NCBI GenBank assembly: GCA_964016885.1
Contig: OZ024742.1
Location: 256,556,001-256,620,000, forward strand
Origin: Eledone cirrhosa
Taxonomy: Eukaryota
Direction: 5' to 3'
Length of the DNA: 64,000 nt
In this document: positions 16,202 through 30,331 of the stretch, piece after piece
Layout of the letters: every line of letters begins with the position of its first letter
Position numbering within the stretch: position 1 is the first letter of the stretch
Translations under genes and position numbers: made by a program
Notes under the pieces: model-generated
Told to the model about the DNA's origin: nothing
What the model saw: only the letters and a program-made list of their open reading frames with translations
Databases searched by the model: none

Positions 16202-16599
16202 CACACACACACACTCACACACACACACACACGTACATATATATATATCGTCTGTCGCAGGGAGTTGAAGAACTAATAAAAGATGAATAAAGTGAAAATG
16301 AAGGAGAACAACGTTATACCTCCTGACAGCTTACAACATAAATTTAGAAAAAAATAATAATAAATGCCGAAAAAAAAAAAGGTTTCAATTATACAACAAA
16401 TTAAAAATACAAAACACTGAATAATATGAAGAATACCATATACACACAAACTCAAACGACCATACACACTCAGACTCACAGAAAAAATACATAGACACGT
16501 GCACAGAACAAATACATAGACACGAACAAGAAATGAAAAAAATAAGGGCAAAAATGAAAAGAGTATCTGAAAGATACATGTTCAGAGACGTATAAATTT

Positions 16600-17125
<526 letters not shown>

Positions 17126-17305
17126 GGGAGAGCGAGAGGGAGTGAGAAAGACAGACGGAGATATAAGTAGATAGAAAAATAGATAAACCAAAAATGAATA
17201 GAAAAACATGAGACGTAAAATTGATTTCTTTCTTGGAATTTCATTTTAATGATCTTGTTTCTTTGATTAACATCGATTCTTCAAGTTTATTTTTCGTTTG
17301 GTTTT

Positions 17306-17344
17306 ACTATCTTCTTCTTCTTCTTCTTCTTCTTCTACTACTAT

Positions 17345-17375
<31 letters not shown>

Positions 17376-17400
17376 GGTGCTGCTGCTGCTGATGATGATT

Positions 17401-17450
<50 letters not shown>
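17306..17450. repeat. Trinucleotide microsatellite run (TTC)n(TAC)n(GCT)n(TAC)n
   Basis: Direct reading. Confidence 0.95.
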
Positions 17451-17451
<1 letters not shown>

Positions 17452-18011
17452 TATTTATCCTAGTTGTTTTCGATGCTGTTGATTTTGTGTTGGATGAGAT
17501 GAAAATCTTTTCGTTCGACATGATTAACTGTGCCCTGTAACATGGATGCGTTGTTTTATTGAAATGAAACGGATGGAAATTAGCATGCTCTCCCGTCTTC
17601 ATCACTCACCGCCAACATTATTACCACTATAATTACATGCACATTCCTTTCTCTTCTCTCTTACTCACTAATTTCTTATTACATCTTCCATGTTTAACAT
17701 CTCATCAGACAGATATGAAACATGGTGTGCTGCAAGCTTGGAACACATGTAGCGATTAGAGGTAGTAATTGTTTAACACCATGGACGTATGTGGGTAAAA
17801 TAAAAAAAAAAAGTGTATATATATGGAGAGAGGCAGATAACAATGTGCGCGCGTGTGTGTGTGTGTGTTTCTGTGTGTTTCTGTGTGCATGTATATTGCT
17901 GAAACAGAAATATCAATCTAATTATCTGCCTCTCTAAATTACACTCCACTCATTCACACCTGAACTTGAAACCTCTGCGTGCCTGTCTGCTTCTCTCTCT
18001 CTCCAACCCTC

Positions 18012-18132
<121 letters not shown>

Positions 18133-18133
18133 T

Positions 18134-19195
18134 TTACGTCCGCTTTTCCCTGCTTGCAAGGGTGGGACGGGTCTTATTCAGCACAGCATCTCTCCACTCG
18201 TCACGGTCCCTCGTCATCTCCACCGTGAGCTTCAATGATCTGAGGTCTGTTCTCACCACCTCCGCCCATCGTTTTCGTGGTCTACCTCTACCACGTCTTC
18301 CCTCAACTGGCATTTCCTGGCACTTCTTCACCCATCGGTCATCCTCCATGCGCATCACATGTCCATACCACCTCAGTCTCCTCTCCCGTACACTACATTC
18401 TATCCCTCTCAGACACAGTTTCTCTCTCAACACATTTATGCTGGGTCGTTCACGCACATTTACACTGCATATCCAACGGAGCATGCTTGCCTCATTTCTC
18501 TCCAGCCATCGCATATCCTCTGCGGTTGCTGCCCATGTCTCACTACCATGCAGCATCGCGCTCCTCTCACAGGCATCATACAACCGGCCTTTCGTACGCA
18601 GGGAGAAACCCTTCTTCGTCAACAGAGGAAGCAGCTCCCTAAACTTCTTCCAACCCGTCCTTATTCTAGATACTATGGCCTCGGAACACCCTCCTCCCAT
18701 GCTAATCTGATCTCCTAGCTTCCGGAAGCTATCCACCACTTCTATAGCGCCCTCTCGCATTTGAAAAATGTGTCTATCAGTGCGACTTCTACTGTCTAAT
18801 TTCCCTGTACATCTACTGCATACATATTTCTCCCTACCTGTTAGTTTGCCTGCTATCCCGCTACATCTCTTGTGTACCCAGGACCTGCATTGTGTGCATT
18901 TTATAGAATTTATGCCAGTTCCTTTTCTGCATATCGAACATGGCCATTTCCCTGACGGAATCAGGGTTTTGTCCTCTTTTCTACTGATCAACACTTTTGT
19001 CTTAGCTAGATTTACTCTCAGTCCTCTTGCTTCCAACTGCTGTTTCCATCGCCAGAATTTATTCTCTAGCTCCTCTACTGATTCTGCTATAAGAGCCAGA
19101 TCGTCAGCATAGAGAAGTTCCCATGGACAGCCAGTCTTAAACTCCTCTGTTATGGCTTGGAGGACTATAATGAACAAGAGCGGGCTGAGGACCAA
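18134..19195 (-). CDS. RTE ORF C-terminal part: RT (YADD) + PHD-type Zn finger + basic tail
   Basis: 353-aa ORF; CSIC..CTQC..WVHKRC..CSRC. Confidence 0.9.
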   Translation of the reverse strand: MVLSPLLFIIVLQAITEEFKTGCPWELLYADDLALIAESVEELENKFWRWKQQLEARGLRVNLAKTKVLISRKEDKTLIPSGKWPCSICRKGTGINSIKCTQCRSWVHKRCSGIAGKLTGREKYVCSRCTGKLDSRSRTDRHIFQMREGAIEVVDSFRKLGDQISMGGGCSEAIVSRIRTGWKKFRELLPLLTKKGFSLRTKGRLYDACERSAMLHGSETWAATAEDMRWLERNEASMLRWICSVNVRERPSINVLREKLCLRGIECSVRERRLRWYGHVMRMEDDRWVKKCQEMPVEGRRGRGRPRKRWAEVVRTDLRSLKLTVEMTRDRDEWRDAVLNKTRPTLASREKRT

Positions 19196-19218
19196 CCCTG
19201 ATGTGCTCCTACTTGTAT

Positions 19219-20814
19219 CTAGAATTCCTCACTAAACTCCATTCCTACCCTGACTTTACTGAGAGTACCTCTGTAAAAAGTTTGCACTGTCCTCCCAAGC
19301 CATTCCTCAACACCTAGCTTCCTTAGAGACCACCAGATGACAGATCGGGGTACCCTATCAAAGGCCTTCTCTAGGTCAACAAAGGCTAAGTATAGTGGCT
19401 TATTCTTCTCTAAGAACCTCTCTTGCATTTGTCTCACCAAGAAGAGGGCATCTGCTGTACTCTTCCCAGGCACAAAACCAAACTGCATCTCATCTAGTTT
19501 GACCCTTTCTCTAATTAGTTGTGCTAAAATCCTTTCTGCCACTTTCATAACCTGATCTATCAGTTTTATACCCCTATAATTGCTCTTCTCCAAAGCATCC
19601 CCTTTACCTTTGTAGCAATTTATGAGAATACTGCTGCACCAGTCTTTGGGTATGACACCACCATATATAGCCTGATTGATGATGCGTGCAACCAGTTTAG
19701 TGCCTACGTCCCCTGATGCCTTCAGCATCTCAGCAACTATTCCTGATGGTCCGGCCGCCTTACCATTTTTCATTTCCCTAATCGCCTCTTGGACCCTATA
19801 TTCGCCAATCTCAATAGCTGGTCCCTCTGTCGGATCTACCAAGGGTAATTTCTCTCTCTCCCATTCGTTCTCCACATTCATCAGTCTCTCATAATGACAT
19901 TTCCAGGCCTCCTTTTTCTGGTCATTCGTGACACTAAGTACACCGGCATCATCCCGGACACATTTATCACCAACAACACCCTGATTTGCATTGAAACACT
20001 GCCTTGCAATGTGGAACACCGCACGCCTCTGATCTTCCCGTCGCAGAACATTGGCAAACCTCCTACTCTCTGCCTCCCTGCGTGCTAAGTACACCTGACG
20101 TCTAGCTTCTCTCTTAGTGGCTGTATATTCTTCCCTACTCCCACCCTTTTTCCAAGCCTTCCATGCTAGTCTTTTGTCTCTAATAGCCTTATCTACTGTG
20201 CTGTTCCACCACCAGGTCACTCTCTGTCTGGTTGGAGCTCTGCTCCAGCCACAGGTTTCATCAGTAGCCTGCAGCAAGTTGTCACGTAAGAACTTCCAGT
20301 TATTATCTATATCATACGTCTCTAAATCGTCTTCTTTTTCGTCATATACATCTTGAAGGGCTTTCCTAAATTTGAATTTTAGTGAAAGGTCTTTTAGCTT
20401 CCAGACCTTTCTTCTCGACACCTTCCTATATGTCTCATTCCATCTCTTGCTTACTGAGATATCACTAACAACTAACCTATGCTGTGGGGTACATTCTTCC
20501 CCAGGGTATGCCTTGGTATTAGACACTATCTGCCTGTCCCGCTGCCTGACTAGCAGGAAGTCAATCTGGCTTATGTGCTCACCAGATTTGTAGGTTATTA
20601 GGTGATTGGCAGGTTTCTGGAAGTTTGTGTTGCAAATAGTCAATGTACTTGCATCACAAAATTCAAGAAGTCTCACTCCTTCTTCATTTCTTGAACCGTA
20701 ACCGTGCCCACCATGTACCCCATTGTAACCATCCTGGATCTGTCCAACATGACCATTGAAGTCTCCTGCTAGCATAACGATGTCTCCGTCCTCTGTCATT
20801 GTGGTTGTTTGCAA
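19219..20814 (-). CDS. RTE ORF N-terminal part: APE endonuclease + RT N-half (interrupted near 19200-19220)
   Basis: 531-aa ORF with APE and RT motifs. Confidence 0.9.
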   Translation of the reverse strand: MQTTTMTEDGDIVMLAGDFNGHVGQIQDGYNGVHGGHGYGSRNEEGVRLLEFCDASTLTICNTNFQKPANHLITYKSGEHISQIDFLLVRQRDRQIVSNTKAYPGEECTPQHRLVVSDISVSKRWNETYRKVSRRKVWKLKDLSLKFKFRKALQDVYDEKEDDLETYDIDNNWKFLRDNLLQATDETCGWSRAPTRQRVTWWWNSTVDKAIRDKRLAWKAWKKGGSREEYTATKREARRQVYLARREAESRRFANVLRREDQRRAVFHIARQCFNANQGVVGDKCVRDDAGVLSVTNDQKKEAWKCHYERLMNVENEWEREKLPLVDPTEGPAIEIGEYRVQEAIREMKNGKAAGPSGIVAEMLKASGDVGTKLVARIINQAIYGGVIPKDWCSSILINCYKGKGDALEKSNYRGIKLIDQVMKVAERILAQLIRERVKLDEMQFGFVPGKSTADALFLVRQMQERFLEKNKPLYLAFVDLEKAFDRVPRSVIWWSLRKLGVEEWLGRTVQTFYRGTLSKVRVGMEFSEEF

Positions 20815-21031
20815 AAGTTGCTCATAAAAGCAGTCTTTCTCATCTTTGCCTAGGCCTGCTTGGCAATATATATATTGTTATAATTTGGGAGGGTCATGTT
20901 GCGAATAAGAAACACACGCACCAGTAGCTTTCACTTCAATTTATTATTATAATAAATTTATAATACATTTATAAATTTATAAATTTCTGGTTGGTTGGTT
21001 GGTTCCACAACCAGATAGTTGTTTATATATT

Positions 21032-21074
21032 GTCATAGTTCTTTCGTCACACACTATGTGACCTCTTCAGTGAC
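21032..21074 (-). ncRNA. Minimal hammerhead (family G); inverted copy 22258-22300 (+) has CCGAAGA
   Basis: GTCA-CTGAAGA-G-GTCAC-ATAGTGT-GTGAC-GAAAG-AA-CTA-TGAC. Confidence 0.85.
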
Positions 21075-21434
21075 TGGGGATTCCTTTCTTTGTTTCTGTG
21101 CCTCTCCTTTGTTCTGTCCTACGCCATTTTGTTTATGTGTGTGTGCTGTGTGCTCAGTGTGCGCATGCGCCACATCCGGTTGTCTGTGTGTGTTTATGTT
21201 CATTTATTTATTTGTTTATTTACATGTTACTGGTTGGTTGTTTGTTCTATGTGTGTGTGTGTTTTCATTCTGTCCTTAATTGTAAGTTGTGATGATGCTG
21301 TTCCACTCATATTTTCTATTTAATTTTGGTTGTAATTCTGTTATGTTTATTGCCTTTGTAATTTGTCTAAACATTGCGTCTTTTCTGTGTGTAGATTCTA
21401 TTTGTATTTCTATGTTCTCTAATTTACCCTTGTG

Positions 21435-21938
21435 TTATATTTTAGCATGTTGGTAGAGTACAGATGATTCTTTACTATCTTGAAGGTCACACCAGTGTTC
21501 ATTTATCCATTCCCCTACACTACGAGCTGTCTCACCTATGTACACTATATTTTTGTCTCTACATTGTCCTTCAGTACATCTTATGCTATACACTACATTT
21601 CTAGTTTTACAGTTAATATGGTGGCTTATTTTACAGGTTATACTTTTCTTATCTATACATGAGGGTCTTTGAAAAGGGTATGTCTTGCTAATAAGTGTTT
21701 TTACGGAGGTACCTGGTCTTTCTACTATCTTAATATTGAGTTTATGTTTATTGAGGGCCCTTCTAAATTTGTAAGCTAATTCACCTCTAGGGGTTGTATC
21801 GATGAACATTACACTCTGGTATTTATTGCTATCATACCATGAGTTTATTCTATTAGCCTTGTTCCTAGTTCTTTCTATTCTATTCCAAAATTTGCTCCTA
21901 TACAAGGGGCAGGTCCCATTTATGTCATTATTTACCAT
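21435..21938 (-). pseudogene. PLE C-terminal linker + GIY-YIG endonuclease fragment
   Basis: NVVYSIRC...VYIGETARSVGEWINEH; homologous to 43300-43900. Confidence 0.85.
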
Positions 21939-22904
21939 TTTTTCCTATTTGGTTCTGGCTCCTCTATACACTCTGATTTATCTCTCGGATTGTAGCCAGA
22001 GAACTGCATACGGTGGATGAAGTGTTGTATGTGTCTCTCTAGTTCTTCGGGGTTGCACATGCGGGACACGTTTCTCATCACCCGTACCAAATCCGCAATT
22101 AGTAACATGTAAATAAACAAATAAATAAATGAACATAAACACACACAGCCACCCGGAAGTGGTGCATGCGCAGACTGAGCACACAACACACACACAGAAA
22201 CAAAATGGCGTAGGACAGAACAAAGGAGAGGCACAGAAATAAAGAAAGGAATCTCCAGTCACCGAAGAGGTCACAGAGTGTGTGACGAAAGAACTATAAC
22301 AATATAAATACAACTATCTGGTTGTGGAACCAACCAACCAACCAGAAATTTATAAATTTATAAATTTAATATAAATTTATTATAATAATAAATTGAAGTG
22401 AAAGCAACTGGTGCGTGTGTTTCTTATTGGCAACATGACCCTCCCAAAGTATAACAATATCGGTTTCAACACACGATTCCAGATAAAGAATCTTGCTAAA
22501 CAAATTCAGAAACGAAATATATATATATATATATAAATGGAAAAGAATGAAACGCAATTTCATTTCTCATATATATATATACATATGATGGCTGCAAACT
22601 CTGCTAAGAGTATTGCAATCACTTCTCACATTATAGTGCTTGGTGCATTTTTGGGCTACGGCCAGTTACACAAACCTGTAACATATCCTTAACAAGCAAT
22701 GCCTGGGCTTTGAAGGTTTTTAAGTGGGGAAATGCATTGCACTCGACCAGTCCCTCTCGCTAAGCATCGAAAACTACCTGAAAAGGGGATCTAGCCAACG
22801 TCATCTGATGCTTCCAAACCGCAGGTTGTTTTCAGTTCATCTCTCCCAGAAAAAAAGAAGGGGACTTTCACTCCCTGGTAAGAGAACAAACTATAACTAC
22901 AAAA

Positions 22905-22949
<45 letters not shown>

Positions 22950-22952
<3 letters not shown>

Positions 22953-23137
22953 GTTTCTACTTTAGGCACAAGGCCAGCAATTACCCAGTGCATTACTGGT
23001 ACTTGATTGTATCGACCCCATAAGGATGAAAGGCAAAGTCAACCTCGGCGGGATTTGAACTCGGATCGTAAAGGGACGTAACTATGCTAGAAAGCATGGC
23101 GTCCGACACTCTACCGATACTGACAATCCACCGCCCT
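22950..23137 (-). mobile_element. tRNA-derived SINE
   Basis: B box gagttcaaatccc on the minus strand; same family at 34275, 37400, 37989 and 30715. Confidence 0.8.
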
Positions 23138-23164
23138 ATTTTATTCATTATATATATATATATA

Positions 23165-23950
23165 ATGAATAAAATAACAGGAGGCTGAACTGGCGTAAAT
23201 CCTTAAAGAGTTTATTATACTATGATCATTTCAATGACCGGGTTCCGTATGAATCAGTTGATATCATCAGGTATTCGAAATATAACAAAGGATTATATAA
23301 AAATCAATGGGGCCGAAAATCAGAGACAGAGAGGACGACTGACCAACTAGCTGTTTTCACCTCGGTCAGTCGCCCTCAAGTGATGGCTATTCGATCTACT
23401 AATGACCATCTGGTGAAGGGGCGAAGGCTTATAGTGTACTACCACCTCTCCGTCAGAGAATTAAAAAAAGAGAAGAAAGAAAGAAAGAGAGAAAGAGAGA
23501 AAGAAAGAAGAAAAGTTAGCGTAAGGGACACACTACAGTCAGTCAAGAAAACGCCGCGAAAAATGTTATTCCAAAGAATCTATATTTTACAAAGGCATTT
23601 ATAATGGGTGTCAGTCTGGTCAAATGTGTGAACAGAAAATAGGGACGTAAACTTATGTTAAGAGTTAAAGAATGAAAGTAAATCAAAATTAAAATTTAAA
23701 TAAAATAAATAAATAAATAAAAATTTAGAGTTAAAATAAATAAAAAAAAAATATAAATGAAAAAGAAATATATATTAAAAATTAATTAGAAAATTAATAG
23801 AAAATTAAAGGTTTGGGTTGCGGGATTTATTTAATGAAACACGCGGCGCGGCGGGCCCCGGGGCAAATCCAACCGTTCCGAGTAATTTCATTTACGGAGA
23901 GAGGGGAAATTTATTTTCCAAGCACTCAAAGAAGGCTGAATTTACGAGCG
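23165..23950 (-). mobile_element. PLE-like 3' region (family H), homologous to 38340-39420
   Basis: 23210-23450 is the reverse complement of 39160-39400; 23845-23950 matches the GC-rich module at 38340-38460. Confidence 0.7.
23217..23274 (-). ncRNA. Hammerhead ribozyme (family H); copy at 39338-39394 (+)
   Basis: ATAC-CTGATGA-[stem II]-GAAAT-GATC-ATA-GTAT-AATAAA; palindromic ATGATCAT; the 39338 copy has better stem II (ACCGG/CCGGT) but a mutated triplet. Confidence 0.75.
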
Positions 23951-23964
23951 CCCATATATATATA

Positions 23965-24063
<99 letters not shown>

Positions 24064-24279
24064 TATATATAAGTATGTACACGCACATACATATATATAT
24101 ACAGACGTACAGTAGTATGTATATATATATATATATATATACTTACATGCACACATATATATATATATGCACGTATGCATTCACCGAACATTTATTATAA
24201 TGCTCGGTGTGTTTGTAAACAAACATCTCGTATTAAGCCGTAGTTTCTAGCAACCACCATTGCTCGTTTGTTCAAAGGA

Positions 24280-24322
24280 ACGCTGTACTAGTTTCAAGCT
24301 TGTTAGCTATCGTCAGCAACGT
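24280..24322 (-). ncRNA. Minimal hammerhead (family I, tandem copy 1)
   Basis: Reverse complement of the motif at 25205-25247. Confidence 0.9.
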
Positions 24323-24699
24323 ATACCTTCATGCCAGATTGTTGAACATATATACTTACCTTATGCATATTAACGGCTGAGTAGCCCAATTTGCATATCG
24401 AGTGGGTTAATCGGCCGGGTGCACCGAAAACGATAAACGGAAAAAGTGAAACGATATTACATTTACCACTCTTAGTACGGCTGTTACTAAAATATAAGTA
24501 TGTACGTGTACATACATATATGTATACAGACGTACAGTAGTATGTATATATATATACATACATGCACACATATATATATGCACGTATGGATTCACCGAAC
24601 ATTTATTATAATGCTCGGTGTGTTTGTAAACAAACATCCCGTATTAAGCCGTAGTGTCTATCAACCACCGTTGCTCGTTTGTTCAACACTGACAAAGCA

Positions 24700-24742
24700 A
24701 CGCTGTACTAGTTTCAAGCTTGTTAGCTATCGTCAGCAACGT
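24700..24742 (-). ncRNA. Minimal hammerhead (family I, tandem copy 2)
   Basis: Same motif 420 bp from copy 1. Confidence 0.9.
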
Positions 24743-25204
24743 ATATCTTCCTGCCAGATTGTTGAATGTATATATTTACCTTATGCATATTAACGGCTGA
24801 GTAGCCCAATTTGCATATCGAGTGTGTTAATCGGCCGGGAGCACTGAAAATGATAAACGGAAAAAATGAAACGATATTTCATTTCCCACTCTTAGAACGG
24901 CTGTTACTTAAATATAAGTAATAAATGTTCGATGAATCCATACGTGCATATATATATTTGTGTATGTATGTATTTACATATACATACTACTGTACATCTG
25001 TATACATATATGTATGTACGTGTACATACTTATATTTAAGTAACAGCCGTACTAAGAGTGGGAAATGAAATATCGTTTCATTTTTTCCGTTTATCGTTTT
25101 CGGTGCACCCGGCCGATTAACCCACTCGATATGCAAATTGAGATACTCAGCCGTTAATATGCATAAGGTAAGTATATACGTTCAACAATCTGGCAGGAAG
25201 GTAT

Positions 25205-25247
25205 ACGTTGCTGACGATAGCTAACAAGCTTGAAACTAGTACAGCGT
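25205..25247 (+). ncRNA. Minimal hammerhead (family I, inverted copy)
   Basis: ACGTTG-CTGACGA-T-AGCT-AACA-AGCT-T-GAAAC-TA-GTA-CAGCGT; palindromic ACTAGT. Confidence 0.9.
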
Positions 25248-25363
25248 TCCTTTGTCAGTGATGAACAAACGAGCAACGGTGGTTGCTAGACACTACGGCT
25301 TAATACGGGATGTTTGTTTACAAACACACCGATGATTATAATAAATGTTCGATGAATCCATAC

Positions 25364-25423
<60 letters not shown>

Positions 25424-25553
25424 ATTCATGTATGTATATATATATACATACTAATGTACGTCTGTATACATATATGTATGTGCGTGTACATACTTATATT
25501 TAAGTAACAGCCGTACTAAGAGTGGGAAATGAAATATCGTTTCATTTATTTCC

Positions 25554-25659
<106 letters not shown>

Positions 25660-26182
25660 GAGTAAATATGGCTTGATAAAAATAGTTTCCATTTATTTAA
25701 TATCATTGAATATTATACTCCAGAAAACTTGTCGAGTGCTCTGAAACAGTTATAAACATTTATATTTGTTGAATTACTAGCAAATTGAATATACTTTTGC
25801 TTATATTACATATATATATAAATATATAGAGAGAGAGAGAGAGTGAGATGGAAAATAATGAAACGAAATTTCGTTTATCACTCTTAGTACGGCTGATACT
25901 TAAATGTAAGTATGTGTGTATACGTACATACATATATGTATACAGACGTACAGTAGTATGTATATATATACATACATGCACACATATATATATGTACGTA
26001 TGGGTTACCGAACATGTATTATAATGTTCGAATAAGCTTGAAACTAGTACATCGTTACTGTGTCACTGTTGAACAAAAGGGCGACGACGGTTGCCTGAAC
26101 ACTGTACGGCGTAATTCGGGCTGTTTGTTTGTTTACAAACAAACAAACCGAACATTATAATAAATGTTCGATAAACCCATAC

Positions 26183-26233
<51 letters not shown>

Positions 26234-26306
26234 CATCTATGTATATATCTACATACTACCGTACACCTATATACATATACGTATGTACGTATACATACAT
26301 ACTTAC

Positions 26307-26419
<113 letters not shown>

Positions 26420-26946
26420 TATGGGTTTACCGAACATTTATTATAATGCTCGGTTTGACTACGTGTGAGAAATGAAATTTCATTTTTTCCATATATATAT
26501 GTATATACATATATACCTATATATATAGATATATGTGTTAGTGTGTGTAGATGTGTGTGCATGTGTGTGTATGTGTGTGAATCAATAATTAATTATACAC
26601 GTGTTTTATTTTCCCTTTCTTTTTTTTCACCCAACCCCAAACAAAACAAATTGAAAAGAGGGGTGCTTTTAAAGAAACGATTCCATAACCTCAATGTTGT
26701 TGTGGGAATACTCTGATAATTACACCGAAGAGCATCTAGCCACTATTAACCGTTTATGAAATATTTTTAAACAATAGCTAGAAGTGTGCCTCATTACTTA
26801 GGAATCTTTGGGAGAATATGAGATTTCAACTGTAATAATCCCAGCGGAAATATTTAGAATAGAGAAAACCTCAAATATAGTAACCCAAGGGACGGAACAT
26901 TTTGATATATATATAAGTATACACACACACACGCACACACACATAC

Positions 26947-26999
<53 letters not shown>

Positions 27000-27001
<2 letters not shown>

Positions 27002-27315
27002 GATAAATCTACCAACAGTTTACGGTAGTGTCCAATCCGTATGAAGAACTCAATGTAATCCGGATATCATGGAAAGAAGAGATGCATTCAAAAATCACTT
27101 TCGGTGAAAGATAAACGGAATACAGAGTCAAGATAAAATATTAAAAAAATAATGAATAAAACAAACAAACAGTTCCTTATATTAAACAAAAAAAGTTCAT
27201 TATTTTACGATCGTTTCTAGGACATATATGTGTTAGAATTGGCATGCATATTCAAAAGATCTATGTACAAAATTATACAAACTATCAAGGAGAATATACA
27301 TACCATCACATATAT
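27000..27315 (-). mobile_element. Solo pLTR tail of family E (HHR 3' half only)
   Basis: Near-identical to 14893-15220. Confidence 0.85.
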
Positions 27316-29084
27316 ATATATATAAGAATTAAAATATACATACCATCACATATATATATATAAGAATTAAAATACTAGAGTGTGTTGGAGTTAAACACCC
27401 TCTTCATATTATAGAAGTGACAGTAAAAGATATAGTTCAATGTAATTAAACAGAGCCGAAGAATTATAAAAAATAAACCAAAGAAGCCGTCAATACATCA
27501 AAAGTCTTTATTAGCCAACAATGTTTCGTCCTATTAAGGACTCATCAGGGCAAGTAAAGCTACAAGAAGCACTATCGGCCAATACAAGCCAACACCTCAG
27601 AAGAATATGGAGTTTACATCTATTAAAGCTTAGGAAAGATATCAAGGAAAAGTTGGCTAAGATTAAGAGTGAGCAGTTACAAACATAGATATAGACTAAA
27701 TAGCAAGAAAGTGATTAACATGTTGAACCCACATTGTAAATATTGTATAATGCAAAAACTTGAAACACAAATGGTAATATAATGCGAAATTACAGTACGA
27801 TATAGAATATAATATAATATAATAGATGGTGATAATAAAAAGCTTAATATATGTATATATATTGTTTACAGTAAAATATAATAAAGATAAAAATAAGAAT
27901 AAAGATAAAAATAAAAATAGAATATAATATATAATTCCCTGTCAATATAAAAACATTATAATAGCATTATAATAACAATATTATAATATATTGGCATCAA
28001 AAGATATACAAAATTACATCATACATATAATTCAAGGTTAACAAATAGTATAAAGTTTTTCACAGGGTAAGAAAAAAATCATATAGAACTAAATTGTGTT
28101 GTAAAAATTGTGTTGAAAAAATATCTATACCATTGTAACAAATACACGTAGGTCAAGTCATTTTACATTGGCATAAATATTACTAAAATATCACAAAATA
28201 TTACAAAATATCACAGAACAGTACCTCAAATAACAGACATATATTAAAATCTATAATACGAGTACATAAAAATGATATGATATAACAACGTTAATATCAA
28301 ATAGCAAACAGAGTGTAAGGAAATGCTTAATATATATATTTACGTGGTTGACATACACAGACGTATATTAATGAAATTACATGATCAGACAGACAGCGTG
28401 TGGTAGTAAGAAAATAAATAAAATAAACCGAAGATCGAAAATCAAAAACAAGTATATTTACTTAGGTGTCACAAGCGGTTAAGTAAAAGAAAAAAAATAG
28501 AAATGTAAACCGGAGAGTTGACTAGAAAACCTTTTTAAATTAATTAATATTAAAAGTATTTAAAATATATATTTAGTCACTTCAAAATCGGTTAGTGTTT
28601 AAGTCATCAAAATCGTATAAGTTTAAGATATCTCAATAAAATTATCAAGAATAGAGTAAAATATGCTCCGTTCAGTCGAATAACGTTATCAAATAAAAGG
28701 ATTCTAAATAGAACTATGGTAGACCAATCGGAACAGAAAGAAGAGAGGTTATGGAGGATAGGAAGGAGCATAAAAGTAAAATCAATATATTATATAATAT
28801 CATAAAAAGGAGCATAAAGGTGAAATTTATATATAGTATAATAGAAGGAGCGGATATTAAGTGTGTAGAGGAGGAGGTTCATTAGTTGAATGAGACTCCA
28901 AACAAAGTATTTAATAAGATATAAACTCATAAGGTGTTAGTAGTGAAACTATAATAATGCATAAGAAGATAGATAGGGTATGGTAGCCAAAAGACTAAAA
29001 TCGAAAAGCTGTAAAAAACTAATAATAATAATGATGATGGTAATCAAAATGAGCCTAAACAAAAAAGATAAGGAAATATAGCAG

Positions 29085-30052
29085 CTAATGGATACGATTT
29101 AAACTACCAGAACTTTTAGGTCTACAATAGAAGAAAGAATTAGAAATGGCATGGGGGCAGGAAGAAAATATCTCAGACTTTCTATTAAGCAAAACTTCAC
29201 TAGAGAAAATTATAGAGTGGGTCTCTAGGATACAGAGATTACAGAAATTAGTGTGTGTTGATAGGTTATTAGAGCGTGCTATTATCCGCCAATTAAGGCT
29301 ATATGGCATACCAGCCCCTTTAAGATCCCAGATATGGTGTGCTAAAGAAGTAGAGTTCTTAAACTTAACATGCTTAAAATTAGAGATATGAGAATTAAAC
29401 CTAGTTTTAAAAGTATTAGATGTGGAGCCTATATATGTGGAGCCTATATATGTGCTATTAGAAGAATTAGTCTTAACTTCACAAGCATAAATAATGTTCC
29501 TAGAGAGGCAGTGACCATTTAAAGGGCAGTTAATACTCACTCTACAGCACACTTCCGGGTGCTATTGACCGGCTGAATGAGTGATGCATCACTCCTAGGG
29601 TTATTATAAGATAAGGTCTGCTCAGGTGGTAAGGCATTAATGGATCTATCAAAACTAGTAGTACGCAACGAGGAGTAGCTGTCCCTAATTTTTCTATTGT
29701 TAGTGTTAGCTAAATGAGAACTAATATTAGGGGTGGTAGAGAATGATAGTTTAATTACATTTTTATTAAAAATACCATTGTATTTATTAGAAGGAGGGAC
29801 ACTTTTCTCTAAGATAGAAAAGAAAGACCTAGGGATGTTAGTTAATACTTCATGATCATAAGGCGGGTTAAAATAAGTATTGAGTCTCCTCCTATTTATA
29901 TCCTTATCAACTCTACCGTTATCCAGTATTCCACTAATAGGATCAGGGTTACTACGAGGACTAGTTGAAACAACATTATTAGAAGCAGCCAAAACCCTAT
30001 TGAGTCTCCTTCTGTTTCTACTTTTAGTATATCTACTGTTATCTGGAATCAT
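29085..30052 (-). pseudogene. PLE C-terminal linker + GIY-YIG (frameshift near 29545)
   Basis: TYFNPPY, IKLSFSTTPN, CPLNGHC..NIIYACEV..YIGSTSNTFKTR..HIWDLK..CNLC; ~120-bp tandem duplication at 29880/30000. Confidence 0.88.
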
Positions 30053-30203
30053 ATCAATAGGATTAGGGTTACTACCAGGATCAGTTGAAACAACACCATT
30101 AGAATTAGTAAAAACATTACCACTGGGTGAGCGATCAGAGTGCCTAATTTGTTCCTTAGTTGTTGGGTTGTATTGGCCGATAGTGCTTCTTGTAGCTTTA
30201 CTT

Positions 30204-30241
30204 GCCCTGATGAGTCCTTAATAGGACGAAACATTGTTGGC
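30204..30241 (+). ncRNA. Minimal hammerhead (family J); sense copy 27514-27551 (-)
   Basis: GCC-CTGATGA-GTCC-TTAATA-GGAC-GAAAC-ATT-GTT-GGC-TAATAAA. Confidence 0.92.
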
Positions 30242-30299
30242 TAATAAAGAATTTTGATGTATTGAAGGTTTCTTTGGTTTATTTTCTATAATTTTTATA

Positions 30300-30331
<32 letters not shown>

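Larger units (their letters stand above)
20866..22516 (-). mobile_element. 5'-truncated PLE (family G) with an inverted pLTR at its 5' end
   Basis: GIY-YIG remnant 21435-22090; arms 20874-21230 and 22100-22480 are inverted; HHR in both arms. Confidence 0.9.
27370..30300 (-). mobile_element. 5'-truncated PLE (family J) with ~1.5-kb AT-rich 3' UTR and inverted pLTR
   Basis: GIY-YIG ORF 29085-29552; arms 27460-27595 and 30160-30300 are inverted and both carry the HHR. Confidence 0.9.

Noticed and set aside
22585-22885. Possible LINE 5'-UTR fragment
   Set aside because: No coding motif or second copy in the window to support it.
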